Part shown: positions 22,007 through 31,902 of the stretch, in pieces | Layout: each line of letters starts with the position of its first letter | Numbering within the stretch: the stretch's first letter is position 1 | NCBI GenBank assembly: GCA_963789965.1 | Contig: CAWBMO010000006.1 | Span: forward strand, 258,651-322,650 | Direction of reading: 5' to 3' | Length of the DNA stretch: 64,000 nucleotides | DNA from: an uncultured Acidobacteriota bacterium | GTDB lineage: Bacteria; Acidobacteriota; Vicinamibacteria; Vicinamibacterales; CAVVIG01 | The notes under the pieces: model-generated | Seen by the model: the letters and a program-made list of their open reading frames with translations, nothing else | What the model was told of the DNA's origin: nothing | Database searches by the model: none | Translations under genes and position numbers: made by a program

Positions 22007-22762
22007 ATGGGAGCCTTGATGAAGGATGGCGCGGTGCGGGTATTTCTCCTTGGCGTGCCACGTGTGTTTCGCCAGGGACTGCTCTCGACCCTCGAATGCG
22101 GGGGAGACGTAACCGTTGTAGCCGAAGGCGATACGGTCCAGGAAGTGCAGACCAAACTGATTGGCAGTGGGATTGATGTGTGCGTTGTCGACGCCGATCA
22201 GGAGGACAGTGCGGAACTACTCGATGCGGTGCTGGAGGCGTCCCACACCAGAACGATGAGCGTCATCGTCCTAACCGGACGGCTTGGCCTGCTCGGCCTC
22301 TCTGATGCGCTCGCTCGCGGTGTGTCTGCCGTCGTGCTGACTGATCAAGCCCCCGACGTTCTGCGAGAGGCCATTACAGGAGTACATGCCGGCGAAGGGT
22401 GGCTCAATTGCAACGGAACCGCGAGTGTGCTGAACCAGTTGAGGTCTGCGCGTCGCACCTCACGCGCGGCCAATCGCGCGCGGCGAGAGGCAGTGCTCAC
22501 GAAGAGAGAGCGGGAAATCGTCGCGCTGGTGGGTAGGGGTTGGCGTAATTCGAAAATTGCCCAGTCACTGTACATCAGTGATCTGACCGTCCGAAATCAT
22601 CTCACGTCGATTTTTCGAAAACTCAGCCTCTCGAGTCGAGCGGCACCGGCCGCGTTTCGTCATGGTGTTGCTGTCTTTCCCGCACGGGCGGGCCGGCCGC
22701 TGAAAACGCCGTCGACCGGATCAGAGCGGCTGGAGACGGGCAATCGTGCGGCGCGATCGTAA
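22007..22762 (+). CDS. NarL/LuxR-family response regulator (atypical receiver)
   Basis: Receiver-like N-terminus; LTKREREIV...NSKIAQSLYISDLTVRNHLTSIFRKL HTH. Confidence 0.85.
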   Translation: MGALMKDGAVRVFLLGVPRVFRQGLLSTLECGGDVTVVAEGDTVQEVQTKLIGSGIDVCVVDADQEDSAELLDAVLEASHTRTMSVIVLTGRLGLLGLSDALARGVSAVVLTDQAPDVLREAITGVHAGEGWLNCNGTASVLNQLRSARRTSRAANRARREAVLTKREREIVALVGRGWRNSKIAQSLYISDLTVRNHLTSIFRKLSLSSRAAPAAFRHGVAVFPARAGRPLKTPSTGSERLETGNRAARS

Positions 22763-22875
22763 TCGACTCCGCCAGTTCGGTCTGTTCTGCTGATGACCAG
22801 TGCCATCTGCTGACGTCTAGGACCGCGCGACGAAGACACCTCAACTGTAACTGACGGGGCGAAGCTACGCCTCGA

Positions 22876-23649
22876 ATGCCTTCCTCAATGGAAACTGACT
22901 ATTCCCGTATCGCCGTCTCCGACGTGCGACCCATCCGAGTCCTGATCGTGGGCAACGAGCGGGTGATGCGTGCCGCGCTGCGTGCCCTGATCGACGGCCA
23001 GCCTGGAACACATGTGATCGGCGAGGTCGAGGGTCTCGACACCGCTCTCGCCGTCATCATGTCCGAGCAGCCCGACGTGACGCTCGTCGATCCCGATCAC
23101 AACGGTGGCGCCGACGTCCTCGCAGACCTCATCCGGGCCGCGGCGACGAAGACGCGGATGATCCTGCTGACCGGCTCGCCCGATTCGACGCCGGTGGCAG
23201 ACGCCTTGGGAAACGGCGCGGTCGGATTGGTCCTGAAGCAACAGGCGCCAGAGGTCCTCATCAAGGCGATAGGGAAGGTTCACGACGGCGAGTTGTGGCT
23301 CGACCGCTCGGTAGCCGCCCGCGTGCTCACCGAGCTATCACGAGCCGGTCACGGTGACCGAAGCGATCCCGACCTGGCGAAAGCGGAATCGCTCACGAAG
23401 CGCGAGCGCCAGGTTGTCACGCTTGTCAGTCAGGGGCTGAGGAACACGCAAGTCGCAGAGCGTCTCGGCATCAGCGAGGTCACGGTTCGAAATCATCTCA
23501 CCTCCATTTTCAGGAAACTCGAGGTGACGAATCGTTTTGAGCTGGTCATCCACGCCTTTCGATGCGGGTTGGCTTCGCTGCCGTCGCGCATGGAGCCTGC
23601 GACGCTGCCGGCACCAGACGCCTCCGTTCAACAGAAGAAGATCGCCTGA
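22876..23649 (+). CDS. NarL/LuxR-family response regulator
   Basis: PDVTLVD receiver; LTKRERQVV...ISEVTVRNHLTSIFRKL HTH. Confidence 0.9.
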   Translation: MPSSMETDYSRIAVSDVRPIRVLIVGNERVMRAALRALIDGQPGTHVIGEVEGLDTALAVIMSEQPDVTLVDPDHNGGADVLADLIRAAATKTRMILLTGSPDSTPVADALGNGAVGLVLKQQAPEVLIKAIGKVHDGELWLDRSVAARVLTELSRAGHGDRSDPDLAKAESLTKRERQVVTLVSQGLRNTQVAERLGISEVTVRNHLTSIFRKLEVTNRFELVIHAFRCGLASLPSRMEPATLPAPDASVQQKKIA

Positions 23650-23680
23650 AAAGACCGGCCTCCATCGGTAGGACTTTCAC

Positions 23681-24418
23681 ATGGAACTGGCGACCATCAC
23701 GTCGAGTCCGATCGACAATCCGATTCGGATCGCGCTCATTGGAAGCGAGCGAGTGACCCGCGCCGGGCTGCGCATGTTGATTGACCGCCAGCCTGGGCTC
23801 CGCGTGATCGGCGAAGTCGAGTGCCCGTGCCCTCCGCGCGTGACCTGGGCCGCCGAACCGCCGCAGATCGCCCTGATCGACCTCGATGGGCACGGCAGTC
23901 TGGATTTCGTTCCCGTCCTCCGAGAAGCCGGAAATGCCACGCGGATCATTGTCCTGACCAGCACGCCAGATTCAGCGATGTGCTCGAGTGCCATCCAGCG
24001 TGGGGCTCTGGGCGTTGTGTCGAAGCAGCAGGCTCCGGAGGTCCTCGTCAAAGCGATTCACAAAGTCCACGCCGGCGAGGTGTGGCTCGAACGCGTCAGG
24101 CTGGCGCGCGTGCTCCGCGACCTGATCGGTGCGGTCGCCGCCGCAAGGCGCCAGCGTGAGATCGGTACGAGCGTCACTCTCACTGAGCGCGAACGCCAGG
24201 TCGTCACCCTGGTCGCGCAGCGCTTCCGCAACAGCGAGATCGCGGCCAGCCTCTTCGTCAGTGAGGCGACGGTTCGAAACGGCCTCGCATCGATCTTCAG
24301 GAAACTGGGCCTGTCGAGTCGGGTTCACTTGATGATCTACGCGTTCCGGGAAGGGTTCGTCAACCTGTCGACCTCCGGCCGGCCGCTCAATAAGCAACTT
24401 CAGCGTGTTGAGTCCTGA
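23681..24418 (+). CDS. NarL/LuxR-family response regulator
   Basis: ALIDLD receiver; LTERERQVV...NSEIAASLFVSEATVRN HTH. Confidence 0.88.
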   Translation: MELATITSSPIDNPIRIALIGSERVTRAGLRMLIDRQPGLRVIGEVECPCPPRVTWAAEPPQIALIDLDGHGSLDFVPVLREAGNATRIIVLTSTPDSAMCSSAIQRGALGVVSKQQAPEVLVKAIHKVHAGEVWLERVRLARVLRDLIGAVAAARRQREIGTSVTLTERERQVVTLVAQRFRNSEIAASLFVSEATVRNGLASIFRKLGLSSRVHLMIYAFREGFVNLSTSGRPLNKQLQRVES

Positions 24419-24446
24419 AAAACAGTGCTTCGATGAGGACCATGTG

Positions 24447-25676
24447 ATGACTCAAGCTTCCACGTCGCTCGGTGCAACCGGCATCCTGCGTGCGCTACCG
24501 GTCGCACTCGTCCTGGCCTTTGCGCCTGTGCACGCGGCGGCACAGGGACCGGACGCCGATGGCGAGGGACGCGTTCATTTGGGCCCGCTGGCCCTGAACC
24601 CCAGGATCGGATGGCAGACCGGGTATGACGACAATGTCTTTCGCAGCGCGGAGCGCCCGGTGCCCGACATCGTTTCCACTCTGAGCGCCGGAACCGTGCT
24701 TCGCGGACGGCTGCGGCGCCTCGGGCTCTCCACGAGCGGCACAGCGGACTGGGTGCATTACGACAAGCTGGTGAGCGAGCGAGGCGCAAACCTGGGCGCG
24801 AACCTGAAGCTTGACCTCCTGTTCAACCGGATCGTTCCCTACGTGAGCGGCTCCTATGTGAGCTCCCGAAACCGCCTGAATCTCGAGATCGACACAAGAC
24901 CGCGAATCGAGCAGTCGACCGTGGGCGTGGGCAGCAGCTTACGCATCGGCGGCAAGACCTTCGTAGACCTCTCGGCGAGCCACGACAAACAGGTCTACGA
25001 CAGAAACGCTTCGGTCGGCGGCGTAGGCCTTGGCCCGGCGCTGAATCGGGAGTCGGACTCCGTTACGCTGTCGCTCCTCCAACAGCTCACACCGCTGACG
25101 CGTTTCGACGTCAGGGGGGAAATGTTTCGAGATCGATACGACGCGTCCTCCCAGCGAACCGCGGACAACGTCCGCGTCACGACAGGATTCGAGTCGAATG
25201 GCCGCATCAACGGGAGCGCCCGGGTTGGGCTCAGGGTTCTCAAGCCGGGCGATCCCAGTCTGCCCAAGTCCCGCGGGTTTTTCATGGCCCTCAGCACGAG
25301 CACGAGCGTGCGCGAACGCCTGCAGATCGGTCTCGATGCCCAACGAGACTTCGCCCCGTCGTACAGGCAAGAGATCGCCTACTACCCATCCTACAGTTAC
25401 GGTGCTTCGCTCGCGTACGCGATACGTCGCTCGGTGAGGCTGTCCGCGCAGGCGAGTCGGCGCTTCGCGGACTATCGAGCCAGCGGGGGGGCGGTGACGT
25501 CAGCAGCCAATGCGGACATCGAGAACGAGACGAGATATGGATCCGGGATCAGCTATCTACTGGGAGAGTCGGTGGGGTTCGATCTCTCCGGCATTTATTC
25601 AGAGCGAACGTCGACTTCGGCGTCGCGCCGATTCAAGGGTCTGAGCGTCAGAGCGGGGGTCAACTATGCCTTCTAG
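24447..25676 (+). CDS. Outer-membrane beta-barrel associated with polysaccharide export
   Basis: Signal peptide, GYDDNVF motif, alternating beta pattern, C-terminal GVNYAF signal; directly upstream of OPX. Confidence 0.8.
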   Translation: MTQASTSLGATGILRALPVALVLAFAPVHAAAQGPDADGEGRVHLGPLALNPRIGWQTGYDDNVFRSAERPVPDIVSTLSAGTVLRGRLRRLGLSTSGTADWVHYDKLVSERGANLGANLKLDLLFNRIVPYVSGSYVSSRNRLNLEIDTRPRIEQSTVGVGSSLRIGGKTFVDLSASHDKQVYDRNASVGGVGLGPALNRESDSVTLSLLQQLTPLTRFDVRGEMFRDRYDASSQRTADNVRVTTGFESNGRINGSARVGLRVLKPGDPSLPKSRGFFMALSTSTSVRERLQIGLDAQRDFAPSYRQEIAYYPSYSYGASLAYAIRRSVRLSAQASRRFADYRASGGAVTSAANADIENETRYGSGISYLLGESVGFDLSGIYSERTSTSASRRFKGLSVRAGVNYAF

Positions 25677-26511
25677 TAAATCGCGTCTTGACTATCTGGC
25701 CCAGGCACTGGTCACCATCGGGCTCGTCGGCAGCCTGATCCTGTCTCTCACCGCACAAGAGACCGACTACCTGCTTGGATCGCAGGATGTGTTGACCATC
25801 ACGGTGTGGGGACAAGGCGGCGTGTCCGATCACTTCACGGTCGAAACGGACGGCACCCTCACATTTCCGATGCTGGGCCGGGTCAAGGCCGGCGGGCTCA
25901 CGGTTCGGCAGCTGCAAGACGACCTGACCCACCGGTTGGCCGACGGCTACTTCAAGGATCCCCGGGTCACGGTTGTGGTCCAGGACTATCGGAGTCAGCG
26001 CATCTTCGTGGTCGGCGAGGTCAAGAATCCTGGCACGTTCACGCTCACGCGGCCGATGACGCTCGTCGAAGCCCTGACGCTCGCGGGGTCGACCACGAGC
26101 AACGCCGGCGGAGTTGCGCTGGTCCGGCGACGGACCAATGGCGCGCCGAGTGCGGAACCGTTGACACGAACCGGCGAAGAAGCGTCGGAGGTCCGCGTCA
26201 ACCTGGCCGATCTCCAAGAAGGCGTGCTCTCCAACAATCCGATCCTGCGTGACGGCGATACGGTCGCTGTTCCGCGGGCGGCGCCGGTTTATGTGTCCGG
26301 CTACGTCGGAAGGCCCGGCGAATACACCATCGGCAGGGGAGCCACCCTCCGACAGGTGCTCACCCTGGCTGGCGGCGTTGCTCAGCGGGGCTCGGAGGGG
26401 CGCATCAAGATCCGCCGCGTAGTAGACGGCAACGAGCAGGAAATCAAGGTGGAGTTGGACGACCGCGTCATGCCTGGCGACACGGTCGTCGTTCCCGAGA
26501 GGTTCTTCTGA
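25666..26511 (+). CDS. wza: Polysaccharide export (OPX/Wza-family) protein, short type
   Basis: DYLLGSQDVLTITVW...DGTLTFPMLGRVKAGGLT Poly_export motif plus two SLBB domains; ends VVVPERFF. Confidence 0.9.
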   Translation: MPSSKSRLDYLAQALVTIGLVGSLILSLTAQETDYLLGSQDVLTITVWGQGGVSDHFTVETDGTLTFPMLGRVKAGGLTVRQLQDDLTHRLADGYFKDPRVTVVVQDYRSQRIFVVGEVKNPGTFTLTRPMTLVEALTLAGSTTSNAGGVALVRRRTNGAPSAEPLTRTGEEASEVRVNLADLQEGVLSNNPILRDGDTVAVPRAAPVYVSGYVGRPGEYTIGRGATLRQVLTLAGGVAQRGSEGRIKIRRVVDGNEQEIKVELDDRVMPGDTVVVPERFF

Positions 26512-28775
26512 TGTCCGACACACAACCAACCCCCGAGCACGAGATTGTTTCGTCGGCGCTCCAGCCGCACGAGTGGCACTTCAGCGACCTCTTGTCGGTG
26601 CTTTACAAGAGGCGGTGGGTTGCCATCACGACGTTCCTTGCCGTCGTGACTGCCGTGACGGTGCATACGCTGAGAACCACGCCAATTTACGAAGCACATG
26701 CCCAACTGCTGGCGGCGGACAGGCCGAGCACCGTCGTGGTTCAAGGGGTCGCGGAACAGCAAAACGACCAGCGAGGCTATCTCGAGACCCAGTACCGACT
26801 CTTGCAGAGTCGATCGCTGGCGCGGCGTGTGATTGACGAGCTGAACTTGTGGAACGCAGGCGACCTTACGCCAACGAAGGAAGAGAATTCAACCGGAGTG
26901 TCAGAATTCCTGACCGGCTGGCAAAGTCGGCCGACAAGCCCACCCCCGACGACGCCTGACGCCTCGGAGCCATCATCGGCTCCGAAGGAGACGGCTCTTG
27001 GCGAAACGCCGACCGAGTCGAGAACCATCGATGCCCTCCTGTCACACCTGCGAATCGAGCCGGTACGGAATACCCGTATTGTCGAAGTCACGTACGAAGC
27101 GCCGAATCCGGTGTTTGCAGCCCGCGTTGTGAACACACTGACGAGCGCCTACATCAAACAGCACGTAGAGGTGAGGTCCTCGGCATCGCAAGAGGTGTCG
27201 ACCTGGCTGACCAACCAGCTGGCCGAGCAGCGTCAGAAAATGGAGGCCAGCGAGCTGGCGCTGCAACAGTATCGCGAGCGGGAAAACAGTCTGTCTCTGG
27301 AGGCCGGCCAGAATATCGTCGTGCAACGCCTCAATGCCTTGAATTCCACCGTCACCCAGGCGAAGACCGACCGCATCGCCGTTGAAGCGCTCTATCGTCA
27401 GCTGGCCGCCAGTCAGGACGATCGCGGGGCGCTCGAGACATTTCCGCAAATTCGATCGAACGGCGTGGTGCAACAGCTCAAGGAACAGCTGGCCACCCTC
27501 CAGCGTGAGCGGATGCAGCTCTCGAGCAGTCTCGGCGCCAAACATCCCGACATGGTTCGAGTCAACACGGCCATCGAGGCGGGAGAGAGAGAACTCGCTA
27601 GCGAGATTGCCAAGACGGTGGAATCGGTCCGGAAGGAATATCTGGCAGCACTGTCGAGGGAAAAGGAGCTGACGGCAGCTCTCGAAACGCAGAAGGGGAG
27701 CGCGCTTGCGCTCAATCGTCAGGCCGTGGACTACGGCGTACTCCTCCGGGAGGCGGAAAGCAACCGGCAGCTCTATCAGAGCCTTCTCCAGCGCACGAAC
27801 GAAACGGCGGCCGCAAGTGACCTCTCAAATGACTTGAGGAGCAGCGACATCGAGGTAGTGGACGCCGCCGAAGTGCCGCGCGCACCTGTGGGACCAAACA
27901 CGCGCACGAACCTCCTCCTTGGGCTCCTGTTGGGCAGCGTCATGGCTATCGGAATGGCCGTTCTGCTCGAGGCGTTTGACACCCGAATCCAAACGCCAGC
28001 CGACGTCAAGAGAGCCCTTCGTCTTCCGTTCCTCGGCATGCTTCCGCACGTATCCAGCCGGGCGCTCAAGGGGAGCGCCCCGCTGCTCAGCACCGGCGTC
28101 CCCGCGGTTTATGCCGAGGCGTGTCGTTCCCTCCGAACCAACGTTATCGCGTCGGCCGGTGGAAAGGGCAGCCGATCCTTGCTGGTGACGAGCGCCGCAC
28201 CCGGCGATGGCAAGAGCATCGTGGCGGTCAACCTGGCTGTCGCGCTCGGCAGGAGTGGCAGGCGGGTCTTGATCGTCGACGCGGACCTGCGGCGTCCGAC
28301 TCTGCATCGACTATTGGGACGCAAGCAGCATCCTGGTCTTTCGGAAGTCCTCGTCGGCACGCGCAAGCCAAGCGAGGCGGTCGTCGCGACACGATGCTCG
28401 GGCGTGTGGCTGCTGGCGAGCGGGTGGTGCCCGGCGAACCCGTCGGAGTTGCTCGGGTCCCGGCGGTTCAAGGAGTTTCTCGACAAGCTCGGGGAGTACT
28501 TCGACTGGGTGATCATCGATTCGCCGCCGGTTATGGCGGTTACCGATGCGGCGGTCGTCGCCCATCTCACCAGTGGCGTCCTGTTTGTGGTCAATGCGCG
28601 GCGCACGCGCCGGAAAGTCGCGCAGGCTGCGCTCGATCGGCTCGAGTCCGCTGGCGCCTCGTTTGCCGGGGCGGTTCTGAACTCGATCACGTTGGAGCGA
28701 GACCATTACTACAACGCCCACTCCTACATTCCCTTCTACGGTGACTATCTCTCGGACGACAGACGGACCGCGTGA
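26511..28775 (+). CDS. wzc: Polysaccharide co-polymerase / BY tyrosine kinase
   Basis: Two TM segments flanking a coiled coil; Walker A APGDGKS, VDADLRRP, IIDSPP; Tyr-rich tail HYYNAHSYIPFYGDY. Confidence 0.93.
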   Translation: MSDTQPTPEHEIVSSALQPHEWHFSDLLSVLYKRRWVAITTFLAVVTAVTVHTLRTTPIYEAHAQLLAADRPSTVVVQGVAEQQNDQRGYLETQYRLLQSRSLARRVIDELNLWNAGDLTPTKEENSTGVSEFLTGWQSRPTSPPPTTPDASEPSSAPKETALGETPTESRTIDALLSHLRIEPVRNTRIVEVTYEAPNPVFAARVVNTLTSAYIKQHVEVRSSASQEVSTWLTNQLAEQRQKMEASELALQQYRERENSLSLEAGQNIVVQRLNALNSTVTQAKTDRIAVEALYRQLAASQDDRGALETFPQIRSNGVVQQLKEQLATLQRERMQLSSSLGAKHPDMVRVNTAIEAGERELASEIAKTVESVRKEYLAALSREKELTAALETQKGSALALNRQAVDYGVLLREAESNRQLYQSLLQRTNETAAASDLSNDLRSSDIEVVDAAEVPRAPVGPNTRTNLLLGLLLGSVMAIGMAVLLEAFDTRIQTPADVKRALRLPFLGMLPHVSSRALKGSAPLLSTGVPAVYAEACRSLRTNVIASAGGKGSRSLLVTSAAPGDGKSIVAVNLAVALGRSGRRVLIVDADLRRPTLHRLLGRKQHPGLSEVLVGTRKPSEAVVATRCSGVWLLASGWCPANPSELLGSRRFKEFLDKLGEYFDWVIIDSPPVMAVTDAAVVAHLTSGVLFVVNARRTRRKVAQAALDRLESAGASFAGAVLNSITLERDHYYNAHSYIPFYGDYLSDDRRTA

Positions 28776-28823
28776 GGTTCTGATGCTGCGTCCTGATCCG
28801 ACTGGTCGAAGAACGACAGGCCG

Positions 28824-29828
28824 ATGACCGAACCCGCAATACGATCGGCAACGGCCGACGACACTCCGCAGATTCTCAACCTGATCGCCGCGAGCTACCA
28901 AAGGGAAGACGATCCCGAAAGGCTGGCATATTGGGAGTGGAAGCACGCGGCGAATCCTTTCGGCGTGTCTCCGTGCCTGGTCGCCGAGTCGAAAGGACGG
29001 CTCGTCGGCGTGCGGGCCTTCCTGCGCTGGACGTGGCGAAGTGGAGGGCAAAGCGTTCGAGCTGTCAGGGCCGTCGACACCGCCACGCATCCAGACTGGT
29101 ATGGAAGAGGGGTCTTCTCACGCCTGACGGCGCGGCTCGTTGCGCAGATGGAACGCGAGGGAGTGACCTTCATCTACAACACGCCCAACAGCAAGAGCAT
29201 GCCTGGGTATCTCAAGATGGGATGGGCGCTGGTGACGAGGGTTCCTCTGTGGGTTCGACCCCTTCGGCTCTCAACTCTGATGCGGCGGGTCCTGAGTCAC
29301 TCGACAGCGCAGCCGCCGACAATCCCTCAACTTGACACAGTCGCACACGTGCTGGGTGACAGCGCGTTGCCAGCATTTCTCTCAAGCGTGGCTCTTCGCG
29401 ATGAGCGGCTCCATACGGCCCGCACACTGGCATACCTTTCCTGGCGATACGCAGCCATTCCCGGGTTCTCTTACCGCGCACGGTTTGAAATGGATGGCGA
29501 CGCCGGGGCTCTCGTCATCGCTCGCGGCAGGATTCGCGGCCGGCTCAGTGAGGTGACGATCAGCGAATTGCTGGTCACGCCGTCGCGCCGGGGCGTTCAG
29601 ATTGGCCGAGCCGTGGTGTCCGATCTGGTTCGTACGGCTGATGCCGACTACGTGGCTGCCTGTGCAGCGAGCGGCACCGCCGAGCGCAGTGTGCTGGCGC
29701 GGACGGGCTTTCTGCCTGCGCCGCGCCTTGGCCCGCATTTCACGGCCCGACGTCTCGATCCCGCTGGACTCGACCCCTCGCGGTGGGCCAACTGGCGCTG
29801 CTCAATCGGGGATCTCGAGCTGTTCTAA
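28824..29828 (+). CDS. GNAT-family acyltransferase
   Basis: WKHAANPFG; AVDTATHPDWYGRGVF motif A; PNSKSMPGYLKMGW. Confidence 0.82.
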   Translation: MTEPAIRSATADDTPQILNLIAASYQREDDPERLAYWEWKHAANPFGVSPCLVAESKGRLVGVRAFLRWTWRSGGQSVRAVRAVDTATHPDWYGRGVFSRLTARLVAQMEREGVTFIYNTPNSKSMPGYLKMGWALVTRVPLWVRPLRLSTLMRRVLSHSTAQPPTIPQLDTVAHVLGDSALPAFLSSVALRDERLHTARTLAYLSWRYAAIPGFSYRARFEMDGDAGALVIARGRIRGRLSEVTISELLVTPSRRGVQIGRAVVSDLVRTADADYVAACAASGTAERSVLARTGFLPAPRLGPHFTARRLDPAGLDPSRWANWRCSIGDLELF

Positions 29829-29830
29829 AC

Positions 29831-31105
29831 ATGTTCATCGAGTGGTTCTCCTTCGCGCTCGTCTGCGTCGCGGCGATGGGCATCGCGGCCGGACTGGCCT
29901 CGTCCCCGCACCTGCGGCTCGTTCGCAACCTGCTAATCGCGGGTGCCTTCATTCGGATCATCGGGGTGCTCGCCCGGCACGCAATGATCTTCGATCTCTA
30001 CAACGGGGGGTCGGACGCCGTCGGCTACTTCGATGCCGGCCGCGTCATCGCCAATCATCTCCGCACCATGGACTTCTCAATTTTCGGTTCAGAGCAAGGC
30101 GGTGGGCGTCAGTGGGGCACGCAGGCTGTCCGCTACGCCTCGGGCCTGGTGATCGCCTTTGTCGGTCCGTCGGTACGGGGAGCGTTTTTGGTCTTTTCGT
30201 TGGCTGCGTTTGTTGGTCTTGCGTGCATGGCTATCGCATTCGCCCGCGCAGACCGATCTGCTTCGGTGCGACGGTGTGCGTTGTTGCTGTTCTTTTGGCC
30301 CACCTTGTGGTTCTGGCCGTCGAGCATCGGGAAGGAAGCGGTGTTGCTGTTGGCCATCGGCCTCGTCACGCTCGGGTACGTGGGACGAGCTGAGCGCATT
30401 CATTGGATACCGATGGCCAGCGGACTCGCGCTCGCGTTGGCAATTCGACCCCATCTGGCCGGCGTTCTGGCGGTATCGATGTGTGTTGCCGAGTGGGCGG
30501 CGCGTGGGTGGACGGCTCGACGCGTTTTCCAATCGCTTCTCGCAAGCGCACTGGCGCTCGGGTTGCTCGTCACGGCGTTCAGCCTACTCGGGCTGGCGAA
30601 CGCAGACTCGGACGCCCTGGAGACCTTCGTTCTTGACACTGCGCAGCAGACCAATCAAGGCGGCAGTGCGTTCGAGCGATCCGGCAGCCTTGCGATGGCA
30701 CTTCCAATGGCCTTCGTCAACCTGCTGGGCCGCCCCTTTGTGACCGAGGCGGGCAACCCCATGGCGCTTGTCTCGGCGCTCGAGATGATGGCGTTCTGGG
30801 TGCTCGTGATCCGCAGCCGGCGCCAACTCGGGTCGGCCCTGCGCTCGTGGCGGAACAACCGACTGCTGAGATTCGCCATCCCGTTCTCGGTGCTCTACAT
30901 CCTGATGATTGGCCTCACATTTCAGAACCTCGGCATCATCGCGCGCCAGCGCGCGCTCGTGATGCCCGCGTTGCTGATGGTATTGGCTGCCACCGCGACC
31001 ACCGCAACCACCGCGCGCACGCAAGCTAGCGTCACGCACTTTCGGAGGGTATGGCGCCACCCCGGCGCCACATCCTCGCCCGCGCCGATCGGCGCCGGAT
31101 CATGA
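29831..31105 (+). CDS. Polytopic membrane protein, Wzy-like polymerase candidate
   Basis: Many TM segments; DAVGY, FWPSSIGKE, IRPH, NLGIIARQR motifs; located among glycosyltransferases. Confidence 0.6.
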   Translation: MFIEWFSFALVCVAAMGIAAGLASSPHLRLVRNLLIAGAFIRIIGVLARHAMIFDLYNGGSDAVGYFDAGRVIANHLRTMDFSIFGSEQGGGRQWGTQAVRYASGLVIAFVGPSVRGAFLVFSLAAFVGLACMAIAFARADRSASVRRCALLLFFWPTLWFWPSSIGKEAVLLLAIGLVTLGYVGRAERIHWIPMASGLALALAIRPHLAGVLAVSMCVAEWAARGWTARRVFQSLLASALALGLLVTAFSLLGLANADSDALETFVLDTAQQTNQGGSAFERSGSLAMALPMAFVNLLGRPFVTEAGNPMALVSALEMMAFWVLVIRSRRQLGSALRSWRNNRLLRFAIPFSVLYILMIGLTFQNLGIIARQRALVMPALLMVLAATATTATTARTQASVTHFRRVWRHPGATSSPAPIGAGS

Positions 31106-31902
31106 GCTGGCTGGTACGCGCCTCCCGCGAAGCGGTTCGCCTGATACAGCCGCTGGTTCCACGCGAATCGCGCGGCGTCACGATCCTGACCTACCACCTG
31201 GTCGGCGCAGGTACTCAATCGGTCGTCGATCTCCCGATCGATGTCTTTCGGGCCCAGTTACGGGAGCTCTGTGAGTTCGCCCAGGTGTACTCCCTGGCTC
31301 AGGCTGTGGACTATCTGGAAGCTGGAACCCACAACTCTCGGCCAGTGGTCGTCATCACCTTCGACGATGGATTCGACAACTTTCGAACGCGGGCATGGCC
31401 GCTTCTGAGCGAGCTCAAGGTCCCGTGCACGTTCTACGTGCCGGTGGGTTTTGTCGAGGGAACATCAGGCACTCCACTGAGGGGCGCGGAAAGTCTGAGA
31501 CCCATCGAGTGGAGCGCGCTCAGAGAGCTGGCCTCCGAACCGCTCGTCACCATTGGTTCACACGGCTGGCGCCACCAGGACTTGCGCCGGCTTGGCGTCG
31601 AGGAGCTGCGGTGGGATCTGCGGCAATCCCGCAAGCGCCTGGAGGATCGCACTGGGGCGCCGGTCGAGCATTTCTGTTATCCCCAGGCGAAATGGTCACG
31701 CGCGGTGGAGAAGGAAGTCCGCGCGACGTACCGCACAGCTGTGGTGGCGGGGGGACGAAGAAACTTCGCCGGGCGCTTCCACCCGCTCCGTCTAGGGCGT
31801 ATTCCCGTTCGCAGGGACATGCCCGTTCGGCTGGCTCCTGTCGTGCAGTCGCTGGTATGGCTTGAGGAATGGGCGGCGAGCTATGCGAGAGCGCGCACGT
31901 GA
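31102..31902 (+). CDS. Polysaccharide deacetylase (NodB/CE4)
   Basis: ILTYH, ITFDDG, GSHGWRH, FCYP motifs. Confidence 0.88.
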   Translation: MSWLVRASREAVRLIQPLVPRESRGVTILTYHLVGAGTQSVVDLPIDVFRAQLRELCEFAQVYSLAQAVDYLEAGTHNSRPVVVITFDDGFDNFRTRAWPLLSELKVPCTFYVPVGFVEGTSGTPLRGAESLRPIEWSALRELASEPLVTIGSHGWRHQDLRRLGVEELRWDLRQSRKRLEDRTGAPVEHFCYPQAKWSRAVEKEVRATYRTAVVAGGRRNFAGRFHPLRLGRIPVRRDMPVRLAPVVQSLVWLEEWAASYARART

